From assembly GCA_963817955.1 (NCBI GenBank), contig CAWFQK010000002.1:448001-512000 (forward strand): a stretch of DNA of 64,000 nucleotides. Reading direction: 5' to 3'. The stretch is from an uncultured Gemmatimonadaceae bacterium. Its GTDB lineage: Bacteria; Gemmatimonadota; Gemmatimonadetes; Gemmatimonadales; Gemmatimonadaceae. Positions 1-9,826 of this stretch are shown here, one piece after another. The position numbers were made by a program, and so were the translations under genes. The notes under the pieces were generated by a model, which was given only the letters and a program-made list of their open reading frames with translations, was not told where the DNA came from and made no database searches. Each line of letters begins with the position of its first letter. Position 1 is the first letter of the stretch.

Positions 1-575
1 ACGGTGTCGCTCGCAATGTTACCCACCCAGCGCACGTTGGAGTAGCGCGGATCGACGAGCACCAAGCGAAGCACACCACGTCCGCCGGTGCCGGCCTTCT
101 CGAAGCGCAGCTCGACCGGCGCCAGCACCAGACGCGCGTTTTCATGGAGCGCGATGAGCGTCCGAAGTTGCGACGACAGTGGCTCGGGGAGCCGAACGTC
201 ACCCGCGAGATTGGGAGAGCGTAGCGGCTCCTCGGACAGCGCGTACGGATCCGTCGCGTACGTGGAGTTGCGCTGGTAGCTCGCCTGGAGATCGGCGGGA
301 AAGATCCAGACCTTTCTGAGGCCACGTTCGTCGAGCGCGGCCAGGATGTCGGCATCCAACATACGCTTCACAGCCGTCGGCGAGCCGATGGCCGCGGCCC
401 ACCCTAGCTCCGGCGCAATGGTGACGGCGTAGGTCGGCAAGACCACGATGGGCTGCCCCGCCAAACCCGAGAGTGCGTGCTCGGAGGGCTCCGGCGCGGT
501 GTTGGGCGCCGGCGTCCCGCCACACGCCGCGACGAACGCGATCGCGAAGAGAAGGCGGACGGAGGGGAGGCGCAT
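1..575 (-). CDS. Hypothetical lipoprotein (partial, runs off window start)
   Basis: Manual translation from ATG at 575: MRLPSVRLLFAIAFVAACGGTPAPN..., lipobox-like VAAC, frame open to position 1; absent from the ORF track because the stop is outside the window. Confidence 0.7.
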   Translation of the reverse strand, partial: MRLPSVRLLFAIAFVAACGGTPAPNTAPEPSEHALSGLAGQPIVVLPTYAVTIAPELGWAAAIGSPTAVKRMLDADILAALDERGLRKVWIFPADLQASYQRNSTYATDPYALSEEPLRSPNLAGDVRLPEPLSSQLRTLIALHENARLVLAPVELRFEKAGTGGRGVLRLVLVDPRYSNVRWVGNIASDT

Positions 576-665
576 GGGCGGAAGATAATGGGTGGCCCCT
601 TGTAGTCACGTTCCTCATGCGACAATTTGGCCGCGAGCTTCGCCCCTCTCCGGAGTCACTCCTCA

Positions 666-2732
666 ATGTCAAAGTTGTTCCGCGCCGGCCTCTGGGCGCT
701 GGTGGCTATTCTTGGAGCCGCGGCGTTCGCGCGTCTGGCGTTATCGCGCGGCGAGACGGTGAATGCCGCATGGCTGCTCACAGCGGCTCTCTGCAGCTAC
801 GCCGTGGCGTATCGATTCTACAGCAAGTTCTTGGCGTCGAAGATCTTCGCGCTCGATGCCAACCGCGCCACCCCCGCGGTGCGACTGGACGACGGCCGCG
901 ACTTCGTGCCGACCAACCGGTGGATCGTGTTCGGACACCATTTCGCGGCGATTGCCGGGCCCGGTCCGCTCGTGGGGCCAACGCTCGCCGCGCAATTCGG
1001 GTTCCTGCCCGGCGTGATCTGGATTGTGGTAGGCGTGGCGCTCGGCGGTGCGGTGCAAGACTTCGTGATACTCGCATCGTCTGTGCGGCGGGACGGAAAG
1101 TCACTCGGACAGATGGCGCGCGAGGAGATCGGGCCGGTAGCGGGGGTAACGGCGCTCGTGGCGGTGCTCGGCATCATGATCGTACTCCTCGCCGTACTCG
1201 CGCTGGTGGTGGTCAATGCGCTCAAGTCGAGCCCATGGGGAACGGTGACTATCGCGCTGACCATCCCCATTGCCATGCTGATGGGCGTGTACCTGCGCTG
1301 GGTGCGGCCGGGACGTGTGCTCGAAGCGAGCGCCATGGGCCTGGTGCTGTTGGTTGCCGCACTCTACGGCGGACGCTGGGTGTCGGAGAGTGCCTCGCTC
1401 GCGTCCACCTTCACGCTGAGCGGGACGACGCTGGCGATCGCGATCATGATCTACAGCTTCGCCGCGTCGGTCGCACCGGTCTGGTTGCTGCTCGCGCCGC
1501 GCGACTATCTCTCGGCATTCGTGAAGATTGGAGTGGTATTCGGGCTGGCGGCGGGCATTCTCATAGCGTTGCCGCCGCTGCAGATGCCGGCGCTCACGCA
1601 ATTCACCGATGGCTCGGGGCCGGTCTTTGCCGGAAAGGTATTTCCGTTCGCGTTCATCACCATCGCCTGCGGAGCGGTGTCGGGATTCCACGCGCTCATC
1701 GCATCGGGCACGACGCCGAAGATGCTGGAACGCGAGACTGACGCGCGCATGGTCGGCTATGGCGGCATGATCATGGAGTCGTTCGTGGCCGTGATGGCGC
1801 TCATCGCCGCCTGCGCGCTGACACCGGGCGTCTACTTCGCCATCAATGCACCGGCGAGCGCGATCGGCGCCACGGCCGCAAGCGCCGCCGAGGCGGTACG
1901 GCATTGGGGGTTCACGCTCGACCCTGCCGAGATGCAGCATCTGGCGCGGCAGGTGGGCGAGTCGTCGCTGCTGTCACGCACCGGGGGAGCGCCCAGCCTG
2001 GCGCTCGGCATGGCGCACATCTTCGCGAACGCGCTCGGCGGCGGCACGGCGATGGCGATCTGGTATCACTTCGCGATCATGTTCGAAGCGCTATTCATCT
2101 TGACCACGCTCGACGCGGGAACGCGCGTCGGACGATTCATGTTGCAGGACCTGGGGCGCCACGTCTGGGAGCCGTTCGGGCGCGTATCATGGTACCCCGC
2201 CGTGGTGGTATCGAGCGCAGTCGTCGTCGCACTCTGGGGCAATTTTCTGTATCAGGGTGTGCTCGATCCCCTTGGCGGCATCAACTCGTTGTGGCCGCTG
2301 TTCGGGATCTCTAATCAGCTCCTCGCGGCAGTCGCACTCTGCCTGGGCACGACGGTGCTCATCAAGATGGGCAAGGTGCGGTACGTCTGGGTCACGCTTG
2401 CTCCACTCGCCTGGCTCACGTTGGTGACGATGACCGCCGGGTGGGACAAGCTGTTCTCGGCTGATCCAAAGCTCGGGTTTCTCTCGCACGCGCACCTGAT
2501 CGAAGGCAACGTGGCGAGCGGCGTCCTGCCGGCCGCGGTCAAGACCGTGAGCGATGCCCACCGAATGATCTACAACGACTATCTCGACGCAGCCGTCGCG
2601 GCGTTCTTCATGGTCTCGGTGGTCGTGATTCTTGCCGACAGTATCCGCGAATGGATCGCCGTACTCGGCGGGCGGAAACCCCTCGTCTCCACCGAGGTCC
2701 CGTTCCAGGCCCTTGCGCCCGCGGGAGATTGA
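666..2732 (+). CDS. cstA: Carbon starvation protein A family peptide/pyruvate transporter
   Basis: Motifs FGHHFAAIAGPGPLVGP, LLAPRDYLS, ITIACGAVSGFH, LWPLFGISNQLLA; many TM segments. Confidence 0.95.
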   Translation: MSKLFRAGLWALVAILGAAAFARLALSRGETVNAAWLLTAALCSYAVAYRFYSKFLASKIFALDANRATPAVRLDDGRDFVPTNRWIVFGHHFAAIAGPGPLVGPTLAAQFGFLPGVIWIVVGVALGGAVQDFVILASSVRRDGKSLGQMAREEIGPVAGVTALVAVLGIMIVLLAVLALVVVNALKSSPWGTVTIALTIPIAMLMGVYLRWVRPGRVLEASAMGLVLLVAALYGGRWVSESASLASTFTLSGTTLAIAIMIYSFAASVAPVWLLLAPRDYLSAFVKIGVVFGLAAGILIALPPLQMPALTQFTDGSGPVFAGKVFPFAFITIACGAVSGFHALIASGTTPKMLERETDARMVGYGGMIMESFVAVMALIAACALTPGVYFAINAPASAIGATAASAAEAVRHWGFTLDPAEMQHLARQVGESSLLSRTGGAPSLALGMAHIFANALGGGTAMAIWYHFAIMFEALFILTTLDAGTRVGRFMLQDLGRHVWEPFGRVSWYPAVVVSSAVVVALWGNFLYQGVLDPLGGINSLWPLFGISNQLLAAVALCLGTTVLIKMGKVRYVWVTLAPLAWLTLVTMTAGWDKLFSADPKLGFLSHAHLIEGNVASGVLPAAVKTVSDAHRMIYNDYLDAAVAAFFMVSVVVILADSIREWIAVLGGRKPLVSTEVPFQALAPAGD

Positions 2733-2749
2733 TCGTGCGGACTCATGAA

Positions 2750-2944
2750 ATGAAACGCGCGGCGCGCGCCATGGTCGCGCGCGCTGCCGCCGTGCTCCGG
2801 CGCGTCATTGGCGTTCCGGATTACGAGCACTACCTGTCGCACCTGACGATGCGGCATCCGGGCACGAAAGCCCTGTCTCGTGATGAATTCATGCGACAGC
2901 GGCTCGACGATCGGTACAGCCGCCCCGGGTCGCGCTGCTGCTGA
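2750..2944 (+). CDS. ybdD: YbdD/YjiX family (DUF466) small protein, CstA partner
   Basis: GVPDYEHYLSH...HP...RQRLDDRY...RCC pattern directly downstream of cstA. Confidence 0.9.
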   Translation: MKRAARAMVARAAAVLRRVIGVPDYEHYLSHLTMRHPGTKALSRDEFMRQRLDDRYSRPGSRCC

Positions 2945-4141
2945 TCAGGGTTTCGATCGCGGCAGGAAAAGCATGGCCACGGCGGCAATCAGCGCGAGCG
3001 CGCCCCCGACGTCGAATGCCGTCATGGACCCGAACCGGTCCCAGAGCAGACCGAAGAGCAGCGACGCTGGCAAGGCGCCAATGCCGATGGCGAGATAGTA
3101 CCAGCCGTACGCCGCACCCCGTCGCGCGGCCGGAACGACATCGGCCACGAGGGCGAGCTCCGAGCCTTCGGTGAGACCGAAGTACAGTCCGTATGCGGCA
3201 AACAGTCCCCAAGCGTGCCACGCCTGCGTCGCTCGGCCAAACAGAAAGTAGACTGTCGCGTATACCAGCCACCCGGCGATCACCGTCGGTCGCCGGCCGA
3301 TACGGTCGGAGAGCGCGCCGCCCGGCACGTTGAAGACGCTCTTTACGCCATTGAGCAGCGCCCAGAGAATTGGCGCCAACGCGACTGCCACGCCAAGCTG
3401 CTTGGCGCGCAAGAGCAGGAACGCGTCGGTCGAATTCCCCAGCGTGAAGACGAAGATCACGCCGAGAAAGGACCAGAAGCGGGCGCCCATGTGCCCCTGG
3501 AGCTCCAGATGGCTACTCGCCGCCGGCCTATGACGCGCCACCTCGCGAATGCCAAAGAGCGCGACGAACACCGCGATGGCGCCGGGAATCGCCGCCAGCC
3601 AGAACACCGTACGCAGCGGTACATGCCACCAGGACAGGATGCCAAACGCGATGAGCGGGCCGAGCAACGCCCCCGCGTTGTCAGCGGCGCTCCGCACGCC
3701 GAACGCCCGGCCGCGCACGGTCGGGTGCACCGAATCGGCGATCAGTGCATCGCGAGGCGAATTGCGGATACCCTTGCCCACGCGATCGCTCACCCGAATG
3801 AGCAACACCTGGCTCGCCGACTGGGCGATGGCAACGAGCGGGCGCACGGCGGAGGCGATCAGGTAGCCGGCCACGACGAGCGGCTTGCGGCGGCGCACCC
3901 GATCGGACCACCAGCCGCTCGCCAGCTTGAGCAGCGCGGACACTGATTCTGCCGTCCCCTCGATCGCCCCGATGAACCCGGCGCTCGCACCGAGGACCGA
4001 TGTGAGAAACACCGGCAATAACGGGTAGATCATCTCGCTCGAGACATCGGTGAAGAAGCTCACCGCGGCGAGGACATACACGTTGCGGCCGAGCCGGGGC
4101 GGCGAATTGTCCTGGCCGGGGTCGGTGTTCGGTGTCGTCAT
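2945..4141 (-). CDS. MFS transporter
   Basis: About 12 hydrophobic segments; GWWSDRVRRRK and GALSDRIGRR MFS loop motifs; DRVGKGIR. Confidence 0.9.
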   Translation of the reverse strand: MTTPNTDPGQDNSPPRLGRNVYVLAAVSFFTDVSSEMIYPLLPVFLTSVLGASAGFIGAIEGTAESVSALLKLASGWWSDRVRRRKPLVVAGYLIASAVRPLVAIAQSASQVLLIRVSDRVGKGIRNSPRDALIADSVHPTVRGRAFGVRSAADNAGALLGPLIAFGILSWWHVPLRTVFWLAAIPGAIAVFVALFGIREVARHRPAASSHLELQGHMGARFWSFLGVIFVFTLGNSTDAFLLLRAKQLGVAVALAPILWALLNGVKSVFNVPGGALSDRIGRRPTVIAGWLVYATVYFLFGRATQAWHAWGLFAAYGLYFGLTEGSELALVADVVPAARRGAAYGWYYLAIGIGALPASLLFGLLWDRFGSMTAFDVGGALALIAAVAMLFLPRSKP

Positions 4142-4194
4142 GAGATTCGAATCTACCACTTGCGATTAGCCCGAGACGGGTAGCAAATGTAGGC

Positions 4195-5400
4195 ATGGCA
4201 ACGCGCGCGCCGTCACCGTCGGAGACCACCGCCACGCACCGTTCGCTCGCAGCAGCGCGCGCGCGGCTGGCGGCGCGCGATGATGCGATCATCCGCACAC
4301 AGATCACCGTGGCGCAGATCGCTGCGCCCACCGGCGAAGAGCATGAGCGCGGCTGCTGGGTGGCGCGCCGATATCAGGATTGCGGACTATCACAGATCCA
4401 CACCGACGAGGCAGGCAACGTCATTGGCCGTCGCGACGGCGCAAAGGCTTTGCCGCCCGTGGTCATCTGTGCGCATCTCGACACGGTCTTTCCACGCGAG
4501 ACGAATCTCGCCGTTCGGCGCGATGGTGCACGTCTCATCGGCCCGGGGATCAACGATAACGGCAGAGGGCTCGCCGTGATGCTGGCGCTGGCCGCCGAGA
4601 TCGACGGCACGCGGTTGCAGTCGCTGCATCCGATCGAATTCGTGGCCACGACGGGCGAAGAAGGGTTGGGCGATCTGCGCGGCGCGAAACACTACTTCGC
4701 CGACCGCGGCCGGGAGGCATACGCCGTGGTCGCGCTGGACGGCGCGGGCGACGAACGCATCATCCATCGCGCGCTGGGGTCGCGGCGATTTCGCGTATCG
4801 TTCGCTGGCCCGGGGGGGCATTCGTGGGCTGCGTACGGCGTGGCGAACGCGGTGCATGCCGCCGCCGGGGCGGCAGCACGTTTGGCGTCGCTCACTCTGC
4901 CGACGTCGCCGCGCACGACGCTGTCGGTGGGCCGTATTGGCGGCGGACTATCGGTGAATTCGATTCCCGATGCGGCGTGGCTGGAAATCGATCTGCGGTC
5001 GACATCGGCCCTACAGCTCGACGAGCTCGAACAGGCCATTCATACGATCGCACACATGGCGGCGGGCGACGAGAATGGCAAACGTGCCATGGGAACACGC
5101 GCGCTCAGCGTGCGCATAGAGTCCATTGGATCACGCCCCTGCGGCGAGACCCCAAAGGATCATGCACTGGTGCGCGCCGCCATGGAGGCGACACGCCTCG
5201 TGGGACGGCAACCCGATCTCGCGCTGGCCTCCACCGATGCGAATGTGCCGATCAGCCAGGGCATTCCGGCTATCGCGATCGGTGCCGGCGGACGGGGCGG
5301 CGACGCCCACACGCACGCCGAGTGGTTTGACAACGTTCACGGCACGATCGGTGTGGCGCGAGCCCTCACGATCGTCATGACCACCGCGGGCATGGTGTAA
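4195..5400 (+). CDS. M20/M25/M40 family metallopeptidase (peptidase T-like)
   Basis: Metal-ligand motifs AHLDTV, NDN, GEEGLG and C-terminal AHT. Confidence 0.85.
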   Translation: MATRAPSPSETTATHRSLAAARARLAARDDAIIRTQITVAQIAAPTGEEHERGCWVARRYQDCGLSQIHTDEAGNVIGRRDGAKALPPVVICAHLDTVFPRETNLAVRRDGARLIGPGINDNGRGLAVMLALAAEIDGTRLQSLHPIEFVATTGEEGLGDLRGAKHYFADRGREAYAVVALDGAGDERIIHRALGSRRFRVSFAGPGGHSWAAYGVANAVHAAAGAAARLASLTLPTSPRTTLSVGRIGGGLSVNSIPDAAWLEIDLRSTSALQLDELEQAIHTIAHMAAGDENGKRAMGTRALSVRIESIGSRPCGETPKDHALVRAAMEATRLVGRQPDLALASTDANVPISQGIPAIAIGAGGRGGDAHTHAEWFDNVHGTIGVARALTIVMTTAGMV

Positions 5401-5444
5401 ACGGGGCGGTTGAAACTACCGTTACCGCCGTAACAAAATCGGTA

Positions 5445-7139
5445 TCAGTCTGTCTGCGCCGGCTCAGCGCGGGCGAACACGCGACCGAGATACAGCATTG
5501 CCAGGTACGTCTCGGCGGCGAGTATGCACGACGCCAGCAGGGCCACGAGGCCGATCGCCGCGCCGTGCGTTTGGTGCAACCCACCAACGACGCCCCACGC
5601 GATGAGCGCGGGCACAATCAGCGCGAGCGCGAGCGCGATGAGATTGGCGACTGTACCGAGCACATTCTGTCCGAGGGTCTCGACGCCGGTGCTCACGTTG
5701 GGACCCAGGCGGACCCACGCGGGGAACAGCACCGCCATGCCATTCTGGATCGTGAGGAGCGCAGCGTTGAGCGCCAGCAATGCGACGGGCGACACAAGTG
5801 CCAGGGCGCCCAGTTCTCCCACGAGCGGACGCGTGGGCGACAGAAGCAGCGCGATATAGGCAACCAATACCAGAGCGGCCTGGATGGCTCCCATCGGCAC
5901 CGCCGACGACGCGACTTCGGCGAGCACGATCTGCTCCGACGGAATGGGAAGTGACTTGAGGAGCGGCAGGTGTTTCATATCATGTCGCAAATCATTGCGA
6001 ATCATGCGGCCGCCAAAGAGGAGCAGCAGCGCGGCCAGGGAAACCGAACACGCAGCCACGGTCTCGGCCGCAGTCGCTCCTTCGCTCGTAGTGGTAAAGC
6101 CAATGGCAATTGCCATGACGAACGGGCCGATGAACACGCGGAGCTGAGCCGTTCGCCGAAGGCAGAGCATGTTCTTCCAGAAGATCGCCATGGCCGGGTG
6201 GCCGCGCACGGCCAGACGAAGTGTCGAACCAGCAGTGCGTGGGGCGACGGTCGCGCCCGAACGACGGGCCCGCATCGCCTCGATCTTCCGCGCGCGCTCG
6301 GCCGACGCCTGGATCGCGGCGTCCTCGAACGCGGCATCCGTGCGAAGCACCCACCACGCGTGGAGCGCCAGCACGCCGGCGGCAGGCACGATCGCGCGGC
6401 CCCACTCCGATACGTTGTGCGCGAATGTCGGCGCGACCACCAGATGGAAGAGGTACAATCCCCAGTACGCCGGTGCGGTGGCGAGCACGTGACCGAGCGC
6501 GGTAAAGAACACGTGCGGCGCGTCGGCGTCGAGAAGCGGGCCACGCGCTTCGATCAGACCGGCGGCAATCAACACCAGCACCACGCCGAACGCAGCGAGC
6601 GAGACAATGTTCCGCCGCGCGCCAGAGCCGCCATGCTCGCGCCAGGAGGTCCGGACCAATGCCGCTCCCAACCGATGGAGGCTGAGTGTCGAGAACAGCA
6701 CCCACAGGCCGACCGCGCGGAGGGGCGCCGGCAGAAGCGTGCCGCCGCGTCGCAGCACGAACACCCAGATCATCGCGTTGATCATCACGGCGACCTGCGA
6801 GCGGTACAGCTTGTAGGCAATGAGCTGGCGCCGCGACAGCGGCGCCGGGAAGAGCATCGAGACCTCGGCCGGCGTAAAAGCGAGCGCTGTCGCGTCCGCG
6901 CCAAACACCCAGGAACCCATGAGCGTGACGACAGCGAGGAGGGTGACGATCATCTCCGCCGGCTGGCCGAGGAACATCGGCACCGAGCCGCCGCGGTTGA
7001 CGGGACGCACCAGAAAGGCATAGACGTACAGCACGCCGACCGCGAGTGCGATGGCATATCGAGGGCTGCGTGCGCGCCGCAGCGCGAAGCGCAGACGGTT
7101 GCGCGCCGAGCTCGCGGTCAGGTAGAGGAACGCGTTCAC
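5445..7139 (-). CDS. Putative ABC exporter permease
   Basis: Multi-TM protein with FTPAEVSMLFPAPLSRRQL motif; overlaps the adjacent ABC ATPase by 4 bp. Confidence 0.8.
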   Translation of the reverse strand: MNAFLYLTASSARNRLRFALRRARSPRYAIALAVGVLYVYAFLVRPVNRGGSVPMFLGQPAEMIVTLLAVVTLMGSWVFGADATALAFTPAEVSMLFPAPLSRRQLIAYKLYRSQVAVMINAMIWVFVLRRGGTLLPAPLRAVGLWVLFSTLSLHRLGAALVRTSWREHGGSGARRNIVSLAAFGVVLVLIAAGLIEARGPLLDADAPHVFFTALGHVLATAPAYWGLYLFHLVVAPTFAHNVSEWGRAIVPAAGVLALHAWWVLRTDAAFEDAAIQASAERARKIEAMRARRSGATVAPRTAGSTLRLAVRGHPAMAIFWKNMLCLRRTAQLRVFIGPFVMAIAIGFTTTSEGATAAETVAACSVSLAALLLLFGGRMIRNDLRHDMKHLPLLKSLPIPSEQIVLAEVASSAVPMGAIQAALVLVAYIALLLSPTRPLVGELGALALVSPVALLALNAALLTIQNGMAVLFPAWVRLGPNVSTGVETLGQNVLGTVANLIALALALIVPALIAWGVVGGLHQTHGAAIGLVALLASCILAAETYLAMLYLGRVFARAEPAQTD

Positions 7140-7870
7140 TGCGCTGGCGTTTCGTCGCCGGTCAGCGCCAGGAACACGTCTTCGAGCGAGCGGCCGGCAA
7201 GCGCTGGATGCGCTCCAATGATCTCATCAAGGGTGCCGTAGGCGACGCGCTCGCCGCGCCGCACGACGAGTAGCTTGGTGCACAGTTCCTCGACCAGATA
7301 GAGCAGATGCGAACTGAGAATGACCGCCGCGCCGGCCGCGGCGCGCGCGGCGATCGTCTCGCGCATGCGCCGCATGCCTCCTGGATCGAGGCCGGTGAGC
7401 GGCTCGTCGAGAATCAGGACGGAGGGGTCGTGCAGCAAGCCGCAGGCAATCGCGAGCTTCTGGCGCATGCCGCGCGACAGTTCTCCGGGCAGCGCTTGCC
7501 GTTTGTCGGTGAGCTCGAGCTCGTGCAACAGTCGAGGCATGCGCACCTCGACGTCGTCCACGCCATACAGCCGCGCAATGAAGCGCAGATGTTCTTCGAC
7601 GGAGAGGTAGTCAAACAGGTGCGGCTCGTCGGGAATGAACGCGAGCGCCCGCTTGGCCGCAATCGGATCCGTGACGATGTCGTGCCCGCCGATCGCGACG
7701 CTCCCGGCAGACGGACCGATGATGCCGGCCAGGCAGCGAAGCGTCGTCGTCTTTCCGGCACCGTTCGGGCCGACGAGGCCAAGCACCTCGCCGGCACCCG
7801 CCTCGAACGACATGCCTCGAACGGCAGGAAACGAGCCGTAGAGTTTCGACAGCTCGCGGACGGCAATCAT
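7136..7870 (-). CDS. ABC transporter ATP-binding protein
   Basis: Walker A GPNGAGKTT, signature LSRGMRQK, Walker B LILDEP, SSH. Confidence 0.95.
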   Translation of the reverse strand: MIAVRELSKLYGSFPAVRGMSFEAGAGEVLGLVGPNGAGKTTTLRCLAGIIGPSAGSVAIGGHDIVTDPIAAKRALAFIPDEPHLFDYLSVEEHLRFIARLYGVDDVEVRMPRLLHELELTDKRQALPGELSRGMRQKLAIACGLLHDPSVLILDEPLTGLDPGGMRRMRETIAARAAAGAAVILSSHLLYLVEELCTKLLVVRRGERVAYGTLDEIIGAHPALAGRSLEDVFLALTGDETPAQ

Positions 7871-7874
7871 GCGG

Positions 7875-8864
7875 TCAGGACTCGAGCCGCACTACCGAGT
7901 GATCGGCAATGTTCACCTGTCCGCGGGCGCCTTCGACGATGGCCGCATCGCCGACGATCGATTTCGTGAGCAGAGAGTTCGTAATCCTGGTGCCGGCGCC
8001 AACGATGGTGTCACGCAGTTCCGAACCTTCGATCTGCGCGCCGGCACTGATCGAGACGTTCGGGCCGATCGTCGACGCCAGGAGCGTCACACCGTCCTCC
8101 ACGTACACCGGATCGATGACGGTGACCCCGTCGGGTACCGAGGTCGGTCGCCGCGCACGGCCCCGCTCGAGGATCGTGCGGTTGGTCTCCAGGAGCGTTC
8201 CCTGCTCGCCCGCATCGTACCATCCTTCGACGTCGATCACCTTGATCTTGGCGCCGTGGTCGATCATGTACTGGAACGCGTCGGTCAGATAGTACTCACC
8301 CTTGTTCTTCGGCTGCCGGAGCGTCCAGTCAATTCCCTCGTACAGCAGCTTCCAGTTCTTGATATAGTACAGCCCAATGTTGGCTCGTTTGGATACCGGC
8401 GTGGACGGCTTCTCGACGATCCGCGTCATGTTACCATCCGCGTCGGTGACCACGACGCCGAAGCGCTGGTAGTCCTCGACCGTCTTCACCCAGATGATCC
8501 CGTCTGCGTCGGTGGTCTTCACGACGGAAAGGTCGGCGTCGAAGATCGTGTCCACGAAAATGATGAACACCGGCTGGTCCACGAACTCGCGAGCCAGCGC
8601 AACCGCGCCCGCCGTGCCGTCCTGCACCTTCTGCTCGATGAACACGGCGTCGAACGGATACGTGGCCCGCGCGTAGGCTTCGACCTTGTCCTTGAGATGC
8701 CCGGTGATGTAGATGACCTGCTCGACATCGCCGAGCCGTTGCAGATCTTCCATCACGTAGTCGATCACCGGCTTGCCGGCAATCTTGAGCATGGGCTTCG
8801 GCGTGATGTGCGTGTGCGGGCGCAGGCGCGTGCCTTTCCCCGCAAGCGGAATGATGACCTTCAT
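7875..8864 (-). CDS. Sugar-phosphate nucleotidyltransferase with C-terminal hexapeptide repeats
   Basis: MKVIIPLAGKGTRLRPHTHITPKP N-terminal motif, EKP, beta-helix-like tail. Confidence 0.9.
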   Translation of the reverse strand: MKVIIPLAGKGTRLRPHTHITPKPMLKIAGKPVIDYVMEDLQRLGDVEQVIYITGHLKDKVEAYARATYPFDAVFIEQKVQDGTAGAVALAREFVDQPVFIIFVDTIFDADLSVVKTTDADGIIWVKTVEDYQRFGVVVTDADGNMTRIVEKPSTPVSKRANIGLYYIKNWKLLYEGIDWTLRQPKNKGEYYLTDAFQYMIDHGAKIKVIDVEGWYDAGEQGTLLETNRTILERGRARRPTSVPDGVTVIDPVYVEDGVTLLASTIGPNVSISAGAQIEGSELRDTIVGAGTRITNSLLTKSIVGDAAIVEGARGQVNIADHSVVRLES

Positions 8865-9232
8865 GGGTTGCTGGTCCCTTCCCGACCGTAGCGGTCCTTG
8901 AGGCGGACGACGTCGTCGAGGTGTGGTGTCGACACTTCGATGATGTCGCAATCGGTCACGGCTTCCATCTGGTGGATCGTGCCGGGCGTGACGTGAAACG
9001 CCTCGCCGAGCCGGAGCTCGACGTCGCGCGGCTCGTCATGCTCCCAGATGCGGTAGATCAATTCTCCCGAAAGCAGATAGACAGTTTCGTCTTTCACGTT
9101 GTGATATTGCACGGACAGGGCGTGTCCCGCCTTGATGTGCAGAATCTTGCCGACGTAGGCGTCGGTACGCGCCCAGATCGTCTCGTGGCCCCAGGGTTTC
9201 GGAACGTGCGTGATGGTGGCGCGCTCGCTCAT
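8861..9232 (-). CDS. Cupin protein (mannose-6-phosphate isomerase type II-like)
   Basis: KPWG, LSVQYH..KDE and PGTIH cupin motifs; 4-bp overlap with the nucleotidyltransferase. Confidence 0.8.
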   Translation of the reverse strand: MSERATITHVPKPWGHETIWARTDAYVGKILHIKAGHALSVQYHNVKDETVYLLSGELIYRIWEHDEPRDVELRLGEAFHVTPGTIHQMEAVTDCDIIEVSTPHLDDVVRLKDRYGREGTSNP

Positions 9233-9245
9233 ATGGTGATGGTAA

Positions 9246-9800
9246 TCAAGTAAGGTGAATGGAGCTGGGCTCGGTGACGCATGCGGCTACACAGATGCCG
9301 CAGCCAGTACAGGCGGCGCCAATCCGCGGATGACCGTCGGTGTCGATGTGAATGGCGTCCGGTCCAGCCGGACACACCCGCGCGCAGACGCCGCACTCGA
9401 CGTCGCGATTGGTGATGCAACGATCGTCGATCGCAACAGACGCAAAGTGCACCCGAGCCCAACCGTCCGGCGGCACTTCGAGCGCGCCGGTGGGACACGC
9501 GCCTGCGCAGGGCATGTCCGCACACATCACGCAGGCGTCGAGTGCCGGCTGCAGCAACGGCGTGCCGCTCGCAAGGCCGTGGTCACTTCCGACGCGCGTG
9601 ATTGCCGCAACGGGACAGACCGTGATGCAGTCCCCACAGCGCGTGCACGCCGCGAGAAACGCCGCCTCCGGCAACGCGCCGGGCGGACGCACATACTGTC
9701 GCGTCACGACTCCGTTGCCCAGCGCGTTCACGGCCCGGCCCACGACCTTGAAGAGGCCGCTAGTGAAAAAGGCGCGACGGCTGACGGATGGGTCGGACAT
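9246..9800 (-). CDS. MauM/NapG-like multi-[4Fe-4S] ferredoxin
   Basis: SRRAFF N-terminus, VRPPGA, CTRCGDCITVCP and three further Cys clusters. Confidence 0.8.
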   Translation of the reverse strand: MSDPSVSRRAFFTSGLFKVVGRAVNALGNGVVTRQYVRPPGALPEAAFLAACTRCGDCITVCPVAAITRVGSDHGLASGTPLLQPALDACVMCADMPCAGACPTGALEVPPDGWARVHFASVAIDDRCITNRDVECGVCARVCPAGPDAIHIDTDGHPRIGAACTGCGICVAACVTEPSSIHLT

Positions 9801-9826
9801 GCGCGAAATAAACCCTTGTCCCCTCT

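Noticed and set aside
2930..2990. Selenocysteine read-through at the ybdD TGA
   Set aside because: Both terminal Cys are already TGC codons, the TGA is at the normal family end and abuts the convergent MFS stop; no SECIS-like stem was recognised
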